This document shows positions 9,745 through 20,849 of a DNA stretch of 64,000 bases, one piece after another. A model generated the notes under the pieces. The model did no database searches. It was not told the DNA's origin and was given only the letters and a program-made list of their open reading frames with translations. Origin of the DNA: a virus. Positions within the stretch are counted from its first letter, which is position 1; each line of letters starts with the position of its first letter. The position numbers and the translations under genes were made by a program. The stretch lies in IMG/VR virus record IMGVR_UViG_2558860454_000004; one strand, written 5' to 3'.

Positions 9745-10123
9745 CGGGAAATCCTCCATCGAACGGCAGCAGCTCGCAATGCGCCTGTACAAAGCCGGCG
9801 CCATATGCGGTGTACGGGTCGACGAATGTCACACGATAATCACGGTTCTGATACGTCACGATATCGGCATCACGGCCAGTCTGCCCCTGCGTGAGTCGCT
9901 CAGTCGTCACGATAAGGATTGCTCCACTGATAACCTGCCCGGACTGCATGCGGCGGTTTTCCAGTGAACGGTCAACGGTAACAACTCCGGCAAACTGCGT
10001 TTTAACTTCGCTGTCGCTACCAATCCCGTCTTCGTCCACTGTCTGTACCCGACGCGTTACCCAAAGGTTGAAGTCACAAAAATCCGGGTCGAAAAGAACA
10101 TCGGTTACATCAAGAGTCGGCAT
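9734..10123 (-). CDS. Head closure / head-tail joining protein
   Basis: 129 aa, synteny in neck cluster. Confidence 0.65.
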   Translation of the reverse strand: MPTLDVTDVLFDPDFCDFNLWVTRRVQTVDEDGIGSDSEVKTQFAGVVTVDRSLENRRMQSGQVISGAILIVTTERLTQGQTGRDADIVTYQNRDYRVTFVDPYTAYGAGFVQAHCELLPFDGGFPVEQ

Positions 10124-10664
10124 CTTTATCCCTCACTACATGGGTTATTGAGGCGAGATATTTGCCAGTATCGTAAAGAGGCTTAGCCAAAGTGGTGCCC
10201 GGAGACTCACCTGCAGCACGCCGCGCAAGTTCCGCTTTCGCACCTTTACGCCCACGGCGCGCACGCGCTTCAACGGTGCTATCTGCAAGCGGAGTAAAAC
10301 CTGCTGCTTTGATGTAATTTTTCACACCTCTTGCAGCCACTGTACCTGCGCGGTTGAGTGCTCTTTCCGCTCCCGCCGCATTACCATCAATCGCAGCCTG
10401 TGCCGCAGCTTTAAGCTGTGGCATCGTCTGGTCTTCAACTGATTTAACGCCGGGTACAAGATGCGGACGTGGTGGGATGTTTTGCGCTGGTGAACCGTAT
10501 TCGTTGATATACCCAATCCCGGCATTACCGAACGGCACATCATCCCGATCGCTGTCTTCCGCAGGGATACCGACCAGCACATCCTTTTTGGTTAGCGACT
10601 TTAGCGCATCCAGTATTGCCTGAGCGTTATCAACCCTCGTTGTTACACCGCTTTTGAAACTCAT
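10110..10664 (-). CDS. Neck/tail-completion protein
   Basis: INEYG...IPPRPHL and PLYDTG motifs typical of phage neck proteins. Confidence 0.7.
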   Translation of the reverse strand: MSFKSGVTTRVDNAQAILDALKSLTKKDVLVGIPAEDSDRDDVPFGNAGIGYINEYGSPAQNIPPRPHLVPGVKSVEDQTMPQLKAAAQAAIDGNAAGAERALNRAGTVAARGVKNYIKAAGFTPLADSTVEARARRGRKGAKAELARRAAGESPGTTLAKPLYDTGKYLASITHVVRDKDADS

Positions 10665-11080
10665 AGCTGGCGTCCCCCCGCACCGAACATCGTGATCAGC
10701 TGATAAAATTCAGCGCCATACCGGGTGTTATTCCAGAAGCCTGCGTCAGGGTTTAGCGTCGCGCTGGTGTCATAGCTGACGCTTACCTTGTCAACGGACT
10801 TAGAGGACTGAACACCATTGGTTGAATCGCCCGGACCGCCAACCAGCATCGCCCGGCTATCTGCCGCCCAGAGCGTCATATAGTGCGCAACGAACAACTC
10901 GGCAAAGTACGGAAACAACTTTTTGCCGGTGACGTTTTCGCTCAGCAGCACATCGGCCAGATTCAGACGAAACTGGATTTGTGCTTCAGGATATCTGGCA
11001 GGGTCAGCAAACTGCGGGAAGTCGCGGCGAAAATCACTTACTGTTGGCAGGCTTTGATTCTTTGGCATCTTTCGCCCCAT
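10661..11080 (-). CDS. Head-tail adaptor (DUF4054-like)
   Basis: [23 protein letters not shown] motifs. Confidence 0.8.
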   Translation of the reverse strand: MGRKMPKNQSLPTVSDFRRDFPQFADPARYPEAQIQFRLNLADVLLSENVTGKKLFPYFAELFVAHYMTLWAADSRAMLVGGPGDSTNGVQSSKSVDKVSVSYDTSATLNPDAGFWNNTRYGAEFYQLITMFGAGGRQL

Positions 11081-11402
11081 TACCGCCAGTCCGGGCGGAA
11101 GTAATCTGCGCCTGAAGGCTGTCGTTCTGCTCCTGCAGCTTGAGCAGAGCGTCTTTCAGATCGGCAATCAGTTTATCTTTATCGGCAATCTGCGCCTGAA
11201 GGCTGTCAATAACGGGTTGCTGGTCATCAGTTTCATTCGATCCGCTTTCGGAAAGCTCAGCGTGCGCCCGGGTAAACCAGTGCGACGCGACCTCTTCTGG
11301 TACGTTATGCCGTCCCCGGCCAAACTCCTGTTTTGAGTGATCGCCGAGCGTCAGCGTAAACGGGGTGTGAACATGGATGGTAACCAGCTTTTCTTTCGCC
11401 AT
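11034..11402 (-). CDS. Hypothetical head-associated coiled-coil protein
   Basis: 122 aa after capsid gene; internal repeat DSLQAQI x2. Confidence 0.65.
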   Translation of the reverse strand: MAKEKLVTIHVHTPFTLTLGDHSKQEFGRGRHNVPEEVASHWFTRAHAELSESGSNETDDQQPVIDSLQAQIADKDKLIADLKDALLKLQEQNDSLQAQITSARTGGNGAKDAKESKPANSK

Positions 11403-11443
11403 TTTCAGTTTCCTTCTGGCCCCTTTCGGGGCCGTTCTGGTTA

Positions 11444-12385
11444 TCAGATACCGTCCACGTAGGACAGGGTTTCTTTGTACACTGGCTCAACCGCACCGAG
11501 CTTGCCGTAGTAGGTCGCAATCTGGTACAGACCACGATACTGAACAGGAACGCTTTGCAGCGGAACCAGTGGATAGCGGACGTATTTCTTATCGTTGGTG
11601 TAGGCGACCATACGGTCTTTACCGCCAACCCCGCGCCCTTTCAGCCATTTGACCGCTTTGATTTCCAGCGGAACGCCGTTCTGGTGGAAAGCGATAGTGT
11701 TCACAGCCAGATAGGTCAGCAGTGACTGGTTACCCGCTTCGGAAACCTTACGGCTCGCCAGCAATGAATACTGCTCTGGCGGAATGCGCAGATCAGAAGG
11801 CACGACGGAATAACCGGATGCTGCCCAGGCATTCGACAGAATGCTGTTTACGCTGTCGAGGATCTCATCGTTGGTGGAGTTAGCCCAGGTCTTCGTCGCG
11901 TTGTTCAGCGTCACACCAACGAGATTCGTCAGACCTTTCAAACCAAGCGCTTCGTCTCCGACGTAAACCTGTTCGTCGTTATCCATCTGCCATTTAAGCT
12001 GCATCCCGTCGTACTTCTGAGTGTCGATCGGACGGCCTACCTGCTGTGCCGCAGCCAGCTCAACAACAGTCCATCCCAGCTCCATCCCCCAAAGGTTCAG
12101 CGGATTGCCGTCTTTACTGATATCAACATTAACGCCAGCAATGGCAGTTGAATCTTTGCCTACCCAGTTTTTACCATTCGGATTAGCGCCAGAACCCGCC
12201 ACGCCAAAACTGGTATTCGTCCAGCTGGAAATGTCATCTGCGATAGAGACGTCTTCGCGCAACTGGATATCACGTGTCCAGGTATAACCCACCAGTGGCA
12301 GATTCAGCCCCTGGTCGAGTCGCTCCAGCTCCCCGATGAGAAAGGCACCGGAGCTATCAACGGTTGCCTGATCAAAAGTAATCAT
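11444..12385 (-). CDS. Major capsid protein (DUF2184/encapsulin-like HK97 fold)
   Basis: 313 aa, position after protease and decoration genes. Confidence 0.85.
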   Translation of the reverse strand: MITFDQATVDSSGAFLIGELERLDQGLNLPLVGYTWTRDIQLREDVSIADDISSWTNTSFGVAGSGANPNGKNWVGKDSTAIAGVNVDISKDGNPLNLWGMELGWTVVELAAAQQVGRPIDTQKYDGMQLKWQMDNDEQVYVGDEALGLKGLTNLVGVTLNNATKTWANSTNDEILDSVNSILSNAWAASGYSVVPSDLRIPPEQYSLLASRKVSEAGNQSLLTYLAVNTIAFHQNGVPLEIKAVKWLKGRGVGGKDRMVAYTNDKKYVRYPLVPLQSVPVQYRGLYQIATYYGKLGAVEPVYKETLSYVDGI

Positions 12386-12396
12386 TCGTCTGTTCC

Positions 12397-12894
12397 TTAA
12401 ATCTTCCAGGAGATTTCTGCGTTGCCGTTAGCGTCACCGGCCCCCGTAAAAAAAGCATCAGGTAACGCGGCTGTTTTTCCTGTCACCTCTGCCGCCGTGA
12501 TCCCGCCAAGTGGAACCGGGATGGAAGCATCGGCTGATACCACGATGTACACCACGCCCCCTTTTTTAACGGACGAAGCATCAGCACCCACGTTTACCGT
12601 CATGTACCCACGCTTCATGGCGTCGCCCGGGAAATTCTTATCAGTACCCACCTGGCGAACCATGTCTGGTTGCGATGTGGTCGGATACGGACGAACGTAG
12701 ATACCCTTCACCTTGTCGACGGTGTCACCCTCCGCCAGCGGCACGAAAAAGCCGTCAGCGTCGTATTTGCCAGCCAGACCATACGCTGCGAAGGCGTTAT
12801 CGGATTTAAGGATCACCGGTTCGACGGTTAAGTCCTGCGGGCGAGAGATAGCCCCGGCAATGCCAACAGGCATCCGGTACAGATATGCAGTCAT
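12397..12894 (-). CDS. Head decoration/cement protein
   Basis: 165 aa between protease and capsid genes. Confidence 0.65.
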   Translation of the reverse strand: MTAYLYRMPVGIAGAISRPQDLTVEPVILKSDNAFAAYGLAGKYDADGFFVPLAEGDTVDKVKGIYVRPYPTTSQPDMVRQVGTDKNFPGDAMKRGYMTVNVGADASSVKKGGVVYIVVSADASIPVPLGGITAAEVTGKTAALPDAFFTGAGDANGNAEISWKI

Positions 12895-12898
12895 TGGA

Positions 12899-14131
12899 TT
12901 ATCCTTTGCGGTTAGACCAGAAGTCGGCGTTTTGTTTGTTCAGGGAAGCGATGCTGGTCATGCCCATGCCTGGACGTTGTGCATCGCCCGTGGTGCTGCG
13001 GGTGTTTCTCCCTTTGGCAATCTCAGATACGGCGTTAAACGCCATATCAACCGATTGTTTAGGTAATTTGCGGATATCAGCGTCACCGACAACCTGGCGA
13101 ACCAGTGTTTTGTCTGCTGCCGCCAGCACATCACGTTTAAATGCGGTCGGTTTCACCTTACGGCTCAGATCGATACCCGGGATAATGACTTCAGCGCGAT
13201 AGGCAGAATCACCAGTAATCGTGGTTTCCTCTTCGTTGTCCTCGCCGTCGCCGGTCGGGTCTTTCTTATCTTTATCATCAGGGGTGTCAGCATTATCGCC
13301 CGTTGCCGTTCCTTCCAGCTTAGCCAGCAGGGCCTTGAGCAGGGTTTTGATATCGTCCTCGCCATCGCCGGTCACATCTCCGCCCATCTCCGGCTTTTTG
13401 TCCGGCAATGGTTGTTGCGGTGAAAGGTTAATGTTGAGATTAACGCCGCCCGGCAGATCACCTTCATCACCCGTTACAGCCGCTGGCGCTGAGTCCAGCA
13501 GTTCGTTCATGGTGTCCGAGTCACCTGTTTTGATGGCCGTGCGCATGCGGTTCCACCAGCTTTTCTTTTGATTTGCCATTGTGTCTCTGTCTCCAATTGC
13601 ACAACGATTTCCGGCTCTGCCCTTAGGGACAAGAGCCACATGGTTTCCGGTAATATCGACCTGCCTAGCTTTGCCCGGTTCGGTCTGCTCGTACTCCGCG
13701 TCATAACCACACGACACTTCGCGCAGACCATCCTCGATTAGCTGAATGGCGCTTTCGTCTTTGACTATAAGGTCAGCCAGCATCAAATCAGACTGGTCTC
13801 CGGTCCCGCGTCGAACGTTCTGAAGATGCCCGACAGCAAGCTCTTTCCAGTTTTCGGGATTCACCAGCCGCACATTCCCGTCTTCATCTTCAGGATGCAG
13901 GATCGTGATGCTCATCCCTTCAAATGAGGCGAGCGTGGCCGGATGGAATACCTGCTCAGGAGAGCGCGTTACGACTATCTCACCGAACTTGTCAGGCTTG
14001 AGGTTTGGCAGATCAGCAGCGCCGTAAAGCTGCTTACCCGTTCGACCTATCGGCACGTCTTTACACAGCAGAGAGCCGTCAGCCAGCTGATAGCGGGTTT
14101 CCCCCAGCCGGGTATTGAAAAAATATTTCAT
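12899..14131 (-). CDS. Prohead protease/scaffold (DUF2213)
   Basis: HP...V..ENW, REVSCGY, GNHVALV..GRAG motifs plus acidic scaffold tail. Confidence 0.85.
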   Translation of the reverse strand: MKYFFNTRLGETRYQLADGSLLCKDVPIGRTGKQLYGAADLPNLKPDKFGEIVVTRSPEQVFHPATLASFEGMSITILHPEDEDGNVRLVNPENWKELAVGHLQNVRRGTGDQSDLMLADLIVKDESAIQLIEDGLREVSCGYDAEYEQTEPGKARQVDITGNHVALVPKGRAGNRCAIGDRDTMANQKKSWWNRMRTAIKTGDSDTMNELLDSAPAAVTGDEGDLPGGVNLNINLSPQQPLPDKKPEMGGDVTGDGEDDIKTLLKALLAKLEGTATGDNADTPDDKDKKDPTGDGEDNEEETTITGDSAYRAEVIIPGIDLSRKVKPTAFKRDVLAAADKTLVRQVVGDADIRKLPKQSVDMAFNAVSEIAKGRNTRSTTGDAQRPGMGMTSIASLNKQNADFWSNRKG

Positions 14132-14134
14132 GGG

Positions 14135-14917
14135 TTATGCTGCCCTTTTCATTGCGAATGGAACGCGAGCAAACACGATTTCTTTGTAACAGCGACAGTT
14201 AGGCAGTTCGCCAGCGTGTCCGGTCATGCCATCCAGAGTGGGAGGTTTATCCCAGCGAACAAACTTACCTTCCATCTCCGCGTGGGAGTGGCGAACATCG
14301 CCATCGTCGGCAGTTCGCCAGATATAACCATCAGACCCGATAGCGATCGCGCGGGACATATCCAGCGCCCCCGTAGCCCTGCCCAGCTCAGTCCGGGCAA
14401 TCAGATCTGCTCTGGACTTGGCAACGGCACCGGACGCAGCTATCTCTTTTGCAAAGGGCTCAGCACGCCCGCCAGTCACAACAGCCTCAATAGCCTTGTT
14501 CTGGATGCCGTACACCCTGTCAGCAGCCTCAAGGGGTAGCGATTTGATGTACCTGACCTGCTGTGCGATGATGGACTGCATCACCTGACCTACCGGGGCG
14601 CGGTCGACCATGTTGCGCAGCTCTGCGCTGATGTTCCGGCTGTGCTGACGCCACTGCTTTTCATTCTGGCGCGCAATGTCGGCGGTAAAGTTCTCAGCAA
14701 CCTTCGTCGCCCACGGCGTTATAATTTCGCTGTAGCGTTCCAGGGCCTCCATGATTTCGGTGACGCTATCGTTTGAACCATCGTAGTGCCCATTTACGAT
14801 ATCCCCGACCGCCCGCGCTATCTGCCGTAGGCTCGTTCGATATCGGATCTCCGCCTGTCGGCTCTGGCGGTTTGTCGACAAGTTCGCCGATGCCTGGTGG
14901 CGCTTCGTCTTCGGCAT
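14135..14917 (-). CDS. Mu gpF-like head morphogenesis protein
   Basis: IARTE, W...D.DVRHSH, AGELPNCRC motifs; start at MPKTK with GAGGA upstream, overlapping portal 3' end. Confidence 0.85.
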   Translation of the reverse strand: MPKTKRHQASANLSTNRQSRQAEIRYRTSLRQIARAVGDIVNGHYDGSNDSVTEIMEALERYSEIITPWATKVAENFTADIARQNEKQWRQHSRNISAELRNMVDRAPVGQVMQSIIAQQVRYIKSLPLEAADRVYGIQNKAIEAVVTGGRAEPFAKEIAASGAVAKSRADLIARTELGRATGALDMSRAIAIGSDGYIWRTADDGDVRHSHAEMEGKFVRWDKPPTLDGMTGHAGELPNCRCYKEIVFARVPFAMKRAA

Positions 14918-16235
14918 TCTCGATATCCTCGTCGGTAATGGATGCACCGATGCCAGTAACATCGGAGTTCTCACGCAGGTCGGTCATAGCGGCTTTGGTT
15001 GTCATCAGACCTGCATCCATCGCATTGACAATCGCCGTGGTGGTATTCACAGCCACCGTTGAGCGGTCCACATCTGACATCTGCCATAGCGGGTTAAACT
15101 CAAACGTGAAATCGTCCGGCAGCGGCTTACCGAGCTCCGAACGATGCATAATGTCCAGCACCCGGCGTACTGGCAGGCGTAAGCGACGTTCCTGCAATGA
15201 ACTGACCCGGTCATAATAGTTGGCAAGGTCTGCGTCCCCTGTCGAGAAACCTTTAGGGGACTGCCCGAACAGGCGCACCAGTGGGATACCAACAGCACCG
15301 CTAATCTGCTCGGCGAACTGCGAAAGAATGTCATCCAGACCGCTGAAACTGTACTGGTGGGTTTCGAAGGTATCCTTGGCATCCATTAGCGTCATGCCTT
15401 CATTGCTCTGAAACTGGCGGATCAGATCAATGTTTTTCAGCAACGCCTCGAATGCCGGGCCGCCCAGTGCAATAAGCTCACGGAGTTTTTCCACTTTGTA
15501 GGTCCGCAGATGCGCTTTGTAGACCAGCTGCGCCGCACCGACAGTGGCGCTGTCGAACGCAGTAAGCCGATCCCAGATACGCTCTACAACCGACATTCCC
15601 CATTCGTTCTCGGTCATCTTCTGCTGGAATGGCAGCGTCACCCCATCGAAGCGAATCAGGCGGCTATGGTGAATACGCCAGGCGGGGATGCCCGTTGCGG
15701 TGGTCACCACATCATAAAGCTCAGGCTTGCCGAGATTCGGCCCCATTTCTTTAATGCGGCGGGTCAGTACCGGGTTAATCATCCAGCGGTCAAGCGGAAG
15801 AATCCCCTTAAACTTGCCTTCACCAATGGTTTCGAGCCGTAGCGGGGTCATGGGCGCCTGACCTTCTATCATGATGAAGCCCACCGCGCCGCCGTAGAGA
15901 CGAGACCATTTCAGTACGTCGTTCAGCGCATCCCAGATTTGCAACTGATCCAGCTGCGCTTCGAGAGTGCCACGGTCTTTTGCGTCAATCTCAGAAGTGA
16001 TGCGAATGCCTTTGCGGGTCATGTCGTCGGGGATAGCATCTACCGCTTCACCGATGAGCCAGGATGAGCGATAGGACCATTCCACCAGCATACGGTTGCG
16101 GCTGGTGAAGTTCGCCCGGTAGGTCGATGCGGAGTGCTGGTTAGGCGTCTGCATCCCCACGCGGGCGACAAAGTTCTCGTAGCCGTCGGCAGTGGCCTGT
16201 ACCGTTCGTCGCGAGGCTTGTTTGTTTCGTGCCAT
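14766..16235 (-). CDS. Portal protein (DUF1073/Acb1-like)
   Basis: 489 aa after TerL; SRLYGG, IHHSRL, GIPLVRLFG.SP.G motifs. Confidence 0.85.
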   Translation of the reverse strand: MARNKQASRRTVQATADGYENFVARVGMQTPNQHSASTYRANFTSRNRMLVEWSYRSSWLIGEAVDAIPDDMTRKGIRITSEIDAKDRGTLEAQLDQLQIWDALNDVLKWSRLYGGAVGFIMIEGQAPMTPLRLETIGEGKFKGILPLDRWMINPVLTRRIKEMGPNLGKPELYDVVTTATGIPAWRIHHSRLIRFDGVTLPFQQKMTENEWGMSVVERIWDRLTAFDSATVGAAQLVYKAHLRTYKVEKLRELIALGGPAFEALLKNIDLIRQFQSNEGMTLMDAKDTFETHQYSFSGLDDILSQFAEQISGAVGIPLVRLFGQSPKGFSTGDADLANYYDRVSSLQERRLRLPVRRVLDIMHRSELGKPLPDDFTFEFNPLWQMSDVDRSTVAVNTTTAIVNAMDAGLMTTKAAMTDLRENSDVTGIGASITDEDIENAEDEAPPGIGELVDKPPEPTGGDPISNEPTADSAGGRGYRKWALRWFKR

Positions 16236-17857
16236 CAGGCCTGTCTCCCTAGCAGCTCCCAGATGTTGAGGGCTGAATTCATTGGCGCGTAGCTGATCAT
16301 CACCGAGTCGGCGAGGTTCGGCGACCTGGTGCCGTCAGGCTGTTTATCCACAACGATTTTCCCCACGCAGTTAATGGAGTAGGTTGGCTGCGAAAGCTCG
16401 ATGATGAGTTTGTCTTTGCTCTCCATCGTGCTGCTGATGGAGATAATTTCGTCCGGGTTGTAGGCCATACCCTCAACAACGGCGCGGTAGGTATTCCGGA
16501 AGAGCTTGCGTAAGTACCACCAGCTCTGTGCCTTGGCGTTGGCGAAGAAATCCTTGTTCAGGCGTGCGGCCTGCCCATTGTCGCCCCGTACGGCTTCGTC
16601 ATCAGGATCGAATACCGCGCCGCTACCGCGAAACGGTGTGGCAAGTATTGGCGGCCTGCGGGCAGCTTTGCGTAACTCGTTAATGGCGCGCGCATCGCCG
16701 CGAACGCCAGCGCCCAGACCGTCTTCGTCGAAGCGAAACTCTTCGATGTTATCCTGTTCACAAAAGCCGAAGACCTTCTCAACAGACTGGTAAATGTCGC
16801 TGCCCACGCCGGACCATTCCCGCACGTTCTCCAGAAGAAAACCGTGACGGGTCGAAAAGGCGTTTTTGTCCCGACCTTCGTCGGCAACGTCCATCGCGCC
16901 CAGTCGTTTGCCAGTTGGCTGGATGCCCAGCCTGATATGTGCATCAACAGCAGCCTGTACCCAGTCTGAGGGGATCAGGACACCTTCCGCTGATGCGCTG
17001 TAGTTCAGGTCAAGCTCCTGCGCCACTACCACCGGATTGTCGATTTTCTCGCATTCCCTGCGATACCACTCATCATCCTTACGGGGGTCGCTGCGCCAGT
17101 GGAATGTGAATACCGGTATCTTTCCGCCGTGGCGTTTCTGCGCAAACGGGTTCGCCATGCCGTTGACCGAACTCAGGTCAATACGGCAACGGGTGGTTTG
17201 CGATAACGCCGCATCAATCAGTAGCGGGCGTTGCAGAAATGCAGCCTCATCCACCAGATAGAGTGTGGTTCGGTCACCACGTCCAATATTGTCACCAGCC
17301 TCGCCCTTGATGACCGCGCCTGTCTCAGGAAATTCAACACGCATGTACGGTGCATGCTTCTTCTCATTCCACGACCCACGAAACTCGACGGGCAGCGTCT
17401 CTACAAACTTGCGCGCCTTCCAGAACAGCGCCTTAGGGTCACCAGTACTGTCGACATATTCCTCTTTACGGGAACCGAAGCCGATGACCATCTCTTTGTT
17501 AAACAGGCAAAGCGAGCAGGCCATCCCGATCGCCGTCCAGCTCAGCCCCATTTCACGGGATTTTTCGGTGATACCGTTCTCCCGCTTGCCCCAGCGTTCC
17601 ATAATCCAGTGAATCCACTCTTCCTGTTTCGGGAATAGCAGAAAAGGGATGGTGACCGGCAGGCCATAATCGATATTACGCGGATCCGTCGTCATGCCCC
17701 AGTCGATGATGAACTGAGCCGGGTTAGTACGATAAAACTGCTTCAACGCGGGCAGCATCTCAGGATGCTGGCGAATACGCAGCAAACGCTCCATTCGCCA
17801 TTCAAAAACCATCTGGTAATCAGGATTTTTGAAGTCAAAGGGGAACGGTAAAGGCAT
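16235..17857 (-). CDS. Terminase large subunit
   Basis: [21 protein letters not shown] Walker B, DVADEG nuclease, SPNLAD. Confidence 0.9.
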   Translation of the reverse strand: MPLPFPFDFKNPDYQMVFEWRMERLLRIRQHPEMLPALKQFYRTNPAQFIIDWGMTTDPRNIDYGLPVTIPFLLFPKQEEWIHWIMERWGKRENGITEKSREMGLSWTAIGMACSLCLFNKEMVIGFGSRKEEYVDSTGDPKALFWKARKFVETLPVEFRGSWNEKKHAPYMRVEFPETGAVIKGEAGDNIGRGDRTTLYLVDEAAFLQRPLLIDAALSQTTRCRIDLSSVNGMANPFAQKRHGGKIPVFTFHWRSDPRKDDEWYRRECEKIDNPVVVAQELDLNYSASAEGVLIPSDWVQAAVDAHIRLGIQPTGKRLGAMDVADEGRDKNAFSTRHGFLLENVREWSGVGSDIYQSVEKVFGFCEQDNIEEFRFDEDGLGAGVRGDARAINELRKAARRPPILATPFRGSGAVFDPDDEAVRGDNGQAARLNKDFFANAKAQSWWYLRKLFRNTYRAVVEGMAYNPDEIISISSTMESKDKLIIELSQPTYSINCVGKIVVDKQPDGTRSPNLADSVMISYAPMNSALNIWELLGRQA

Positions 17858-17859
17858 AG

Positions 17860-18432
17860 CTAACCCATCATCTTTTGATACGCCTCCGCAGCTTGCTCAG
17901 GCGTTAAATTGGTAACCTCGGTTCGGATTGACGTACCATCCGGGCCAGTTAGTTCATTTTTCACGTTGTCTTTAAACGCCTGAATAGCGACATGGCGCCC
18001 CAACAACTCAAGGTTTTTAACCTTGTCGGGCCACTTAATCTTTTTAAGAATACCCACCATTGCGCGGTCATCCCCGCGCCCCTCGAACATTTCGGCCAGG
18101 TTGAATCCGCTAAGGTACCGACGCCACGATTCCGGCCACTCAGAGAGTGGCTTAACGCTCAAATCGTCTTCGAGAATATCGGCCACATCGAGCTTGTCGA
18201 TCTCCACCAGCCGCATCAGCACATAATTCGCGTCGATGCCCAACTGGTCGATACGCTCCTGCTTTAGCTCGTTGATGCGGCCGCGTATTTCAGGTTTGCC
18301 GTAAAGCTCAGCCCCTGTAACATGCGCTCGCTTAGCGGCGTATCCTGCACGGATAGCGGCTTGAGTGGCATTCAGATCGACAAGAAACTCGCGGCAAAAC
18401 ACCTCATGCTTTGCTTTCAGCTTCTTGGTCAT
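17860..18432 (-). CDS. Terminase small subunit
   Basis: [13 protein letters not shown] motif; start set at MTKKLK. Confidence 0.9.
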   Translation of the reverse strand: MTKKLKAKHEVFCREFLVDLNATQAAIRAGYAAKRAHVTGAELYGKPEIRGRINELKQERIDQLGIDANYVLMRLVEIDKLDVADILEDDLSVKPLSEWPESWRRYLSGFNLAEMFEGRGDDRAMVGILKKIKWPDKVKNLELLGRHVAIQAFKDNVKNELTGPDGTSIRTEVTNLTPEQAAEAYQKMMG

Positions 18433-18452
18433 ATTGATTGTCCTGTGTATGG

Positions 18453-18941
18453 CTACTGAGCCAGGCACTGTGTTCTGATATAGTCCTGCGCCCCTTCCAG
18501 TTGCTTTTGCATTGTTGTCACTCGCTCTTTGAGGGTGAAATAATCCCGTTGAGCGGAGTCTGCCAGTCTGGGGCGGGCTGCATTATCCACGCGGGCGGCG
18601 GAGGTGGATTTACCTGCCGGCACTGCGGGACAGGTGGCGTTGACGAGCAGGCGACGACGGCCAGCGGCGACATCACCGCGCAAAGCATCATTCTCAGCTT
18701 TCGCATCAGCGAGTTCCTTTGTATATCTTGCATCGAGGGCGGCAACTTCACGCTGGCGCGTTTGCATATCGGTAATTGTCCCGTTCGCCAGCGTCAGACT
18801 ACGGCTGGCGGTATCGCGCTGCGACTTATACTGAATGGCGTTGTCGCGGTAATGCTCTGTTGCCCATGCAAGTGCAGCAATCAGCAAAGTCACTGAGAGT
18901 TGCAACCAGTATTTTTTCAGCAATACAGGTAACAGATTCAT
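18453..18941 (-). CDS. rz: Rz inner-membrane spanin
   Basis: N-terminal TM helix, coiled coil, [13 protein letters not shown] motif. Confidence 0.9.
   Translation of the reverse strand: MNLLPVLLKKYWLQLSVTLLIAALAWATEHYRDNAIQYKSQRDTASRSLTLANGTITDMQTRQREVAALDARYTKELADAKAENDALRGDVAAGRRRLLVNATCPAVPAGKSTSAARVDNAARPRLADSAQRDYFTLKERVTTMQKQLEGAQDYIRTQCLAQ
18518..18706 (-). CDS. rz1: Rz1 outer-membrane spanin lipoprotein (embedded)
   Basis: Lipobox VVAC, proline-rich PPPPPAWIM, embedded in Rz in another frame. Confidence 0.85.
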   Translation of the reverse strand: MRKLRMMLCAVMSPLAVVACSSTPPVPQCRQVNPPPPPAWIMQPAPDWQTPLNGIISPSKSE

Positions 18942-19552
18942 ACCAGCACCGATTTTGCTTTTTCAAAGCGCTCCCGCCGATCACCAATACCGTTCTGCCC
19001 TCCGTTGATGACCTGCGTAACACGTACCAAGTCGCCGGAGTATTTCAAGCATCCTTTGGTGGCGAAAAACCACGCTGCGGATCGGGCTGCATGACGTTCC
19101 AGCTCAAGCTGTCCCGGATTCGCCACCAGATCCAGTTTCAAGGCAACACCACATCTAGTGTAATTCTCCAGCCCAGTAATCTGGATAAGCCCACGCCCGC
19201 GATACCTCCAGCCATCTCCGGCGTCTTTGTTACCCATGCGGCCGCCATAAACCAGATTGGCTATTTGTGGTTGGTGGGCAACCTGACGACCATCAATACG
19301 CCCCAGCATTTCGCACTGATAAGACGTAAGGCGTTTACCAAACGTCTTTTTCAGCGCCTCCACCGAATAATTGAAGCTTTCCTTCAGAACAGTAAATCCT
19401 GCTGATTCATGTCCCGCTTGTGCAATAAACATGGCCTGATCGAGTGGAGCAGTAATACCGAATTCGCTCATTGCCGCATCAATGTGTGGAAACCAGCGCG
19501 CAGAAAGCCCGGCGCTAATACCAGCCGCCTGCTGAAATTGTGATTGGTTCAT
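18938..19552 (-). CDS. Endolysin, glycoside hydrolase family 19
   Basis: [28 protein letters not shown] motifs. Confidence 0.9.
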   Translation of the reverse strand: MNQSQFQQAAGISAGLSARWFPHIDAAMSEFGITAPLDQAMFIAQAGHESAGFTVLKESFNYSVEALKKTFGKRLTSYQCEMLGRIDGRQVAHQPQIANLVYGGRMGNKDAGDGWRYRGRGLIQITGLENYTRCGVALKLDLVANPGQLELERHAARSAAWFFATKGCLKYSGDLVRVTQVINGGQNGIGDRRERFEKAKSVLV

Positions 19553-19833
19553 TATTGCCTCAGATGATCAACCAAGCGTGCCACATTACCGCGAGCCCAC
19601 AGCAAAGCGGCGCAGATAAGGATATTCACCATCACCACCAGCCAGTGGGATGATTCATATAAACCAAAAACAAACCGGAAAGGGACGCTGGCATACACCA
19701 GCACCATGACATAGGCCAGTAACGAAATCAGGGGGCGGTGTGTCGCATCACCGCGTCGGTAAAACATCAAAACGATGACTATCACCCCACAAATTACGGC
19801 ATTCAGAACTGCAGAAGGGTCATTTGCTACCAT
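19552..19833 (-). CDS. Holin (3-TM)
   Basis: 93 aa, three hydrophobic segments, ARGNVA C-terminus, adjacent to endolysin. Confidence 0.75.
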   Translation of the reverse strand: MVANDPSAVLNAVICGVIVIVLMFYRRGDATHRPLISLLAYVMVLVYASVPFRFVFGLYESSHWLVVMVNILICAALLWARGNVARLVDHLRQ

Positions 19834-20209
19834 CTGATCCCCCTCCCCTGATACGGGAGAGAATACTGAACAGAGTGTTCAGATCCTGACTGTTGAGAAA
19901 AGTGAGAAACTTTATACACATTGCAGAAATAATTACTGCGCCAAGTGCATCCAGTGGTTTTTCATAATGCGTTATTGCCGCAAGCTTAGTACCTATCAGC
20001 CCGGCGCCAAGCACTCCCACAATAAATGATGTAATAAAATAAGCGACCAGCCTGATCCGTCCGATGTTGGTTGCCGTGGCGACATAAAACACCGCGCCGG
20101 CAAAAGCACCGAATACCACACCATAATCGGTTCCGGTCGCCAGACCGAATACACTGGCCCCCATTAATCCACCAGCCAACACTGTCGCACTGGATACAGG
20201 TTCGGACAT
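19820..20209 (-). CDS. Putative holin/antiholin
   Basis: 129 aa multi-TM, GAFAGAVFYV motif, first gene of lysis cassette. Confidence 0.75.
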   Translation of the reverse strand: MSEPVSSATVLAGGLMGASVFGLATGTDYGVVFGAFAGAVFYVATATNIGRIRLVAYFITSFIVGVLGAGLIGTKLAAITHYEKPLDALGAVIISAMCIKFLTFLNSQDLNTLFSILSRIRGGGSDGSK

Positions 20210-20298
20210 TCATCCCCCTCTGGTTATGTGGGTCCTCTCAGTTATGAGGGGAAATAAAAAAGGCTGCCTGATGGCAGCCCTGATAAGGTTTAAGTCAT

Positions 20299-20487
20299 TT
20301 AAACTGGCGATTGTAACGGTCCGGAAAGTACTTCTGCTTCGCCGTTATGGCAGATATCATCGCCCCTTGTCAGATGCCAGACACCGACAATAAGCTGTCC
20401 TGATTCCAGATCGTCAACTGTGTCATTCGTATAGTATGCCACCTGAACAACACCGTTATGCTGAATCCAGTAATACCCTTCTTTCAT
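20299..20487 (-). CDS. Hypothetical protein in late leader
   Basis: 62 aa with strong GGAGGTG SD. Confidence 0.6.
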   Translation of the reverse strand: MKEGYYWIQHNGVVQVAYYTNDTVDDLESGQLIVGVWHLTRGDDICHNGEAEVLSGPLQSPV

Positions 20488-20821
20488 TCACACCTCCGCA
20501 AGACTAAGCAAATAGTATAGGGCGAAGCAGAAAATGCCGCGGTGCAAGAAGCCACAACTCAAATCCTGTTGTACAGGCTGCTCTTTCCAGTCATAGCCTC
20601 ACCTCCGATTGTTCGGATGGTGCAGAGTGGGTTAAAGAGATCAGGCTCTCGGGCAGCGTTTGCTACGTAGGTAATATCGAGGGTGGTTCCCGGAGCCTGA
20701 TATAGCGGACAGGCTCTACGCAAGCGCCTGTCGGATTGGGTTATGAGCCGTCCGCCAGTGAGCCCTGAATACGGAAAAGGCCCACCGAAGCGAGCCCCAT
20801 AATTTGTTAAAAAACAGCCCT

Positions 20822-20849
20822 ATTTAACATAATGTACGTTATCGGCACC
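20822..20849 (-). other. XerCD dif-like recombination site
   Basis: Minus strand GGTGCCGATAA-CGTACA-TTATGTTAAAT vs enterobacterial dif GGTGCGCATAA-TGTATA-TTATGTTAAAT (24/28; XerD arm 11/11). Confidence 0.85.

Noticed and set aside
11034-11402. 18-bp direct repeat as a recombination or DGR signal
   Set aside because: In-frame coiled-coil repeat (DSLQAQI); no reverse transcriptase in the window
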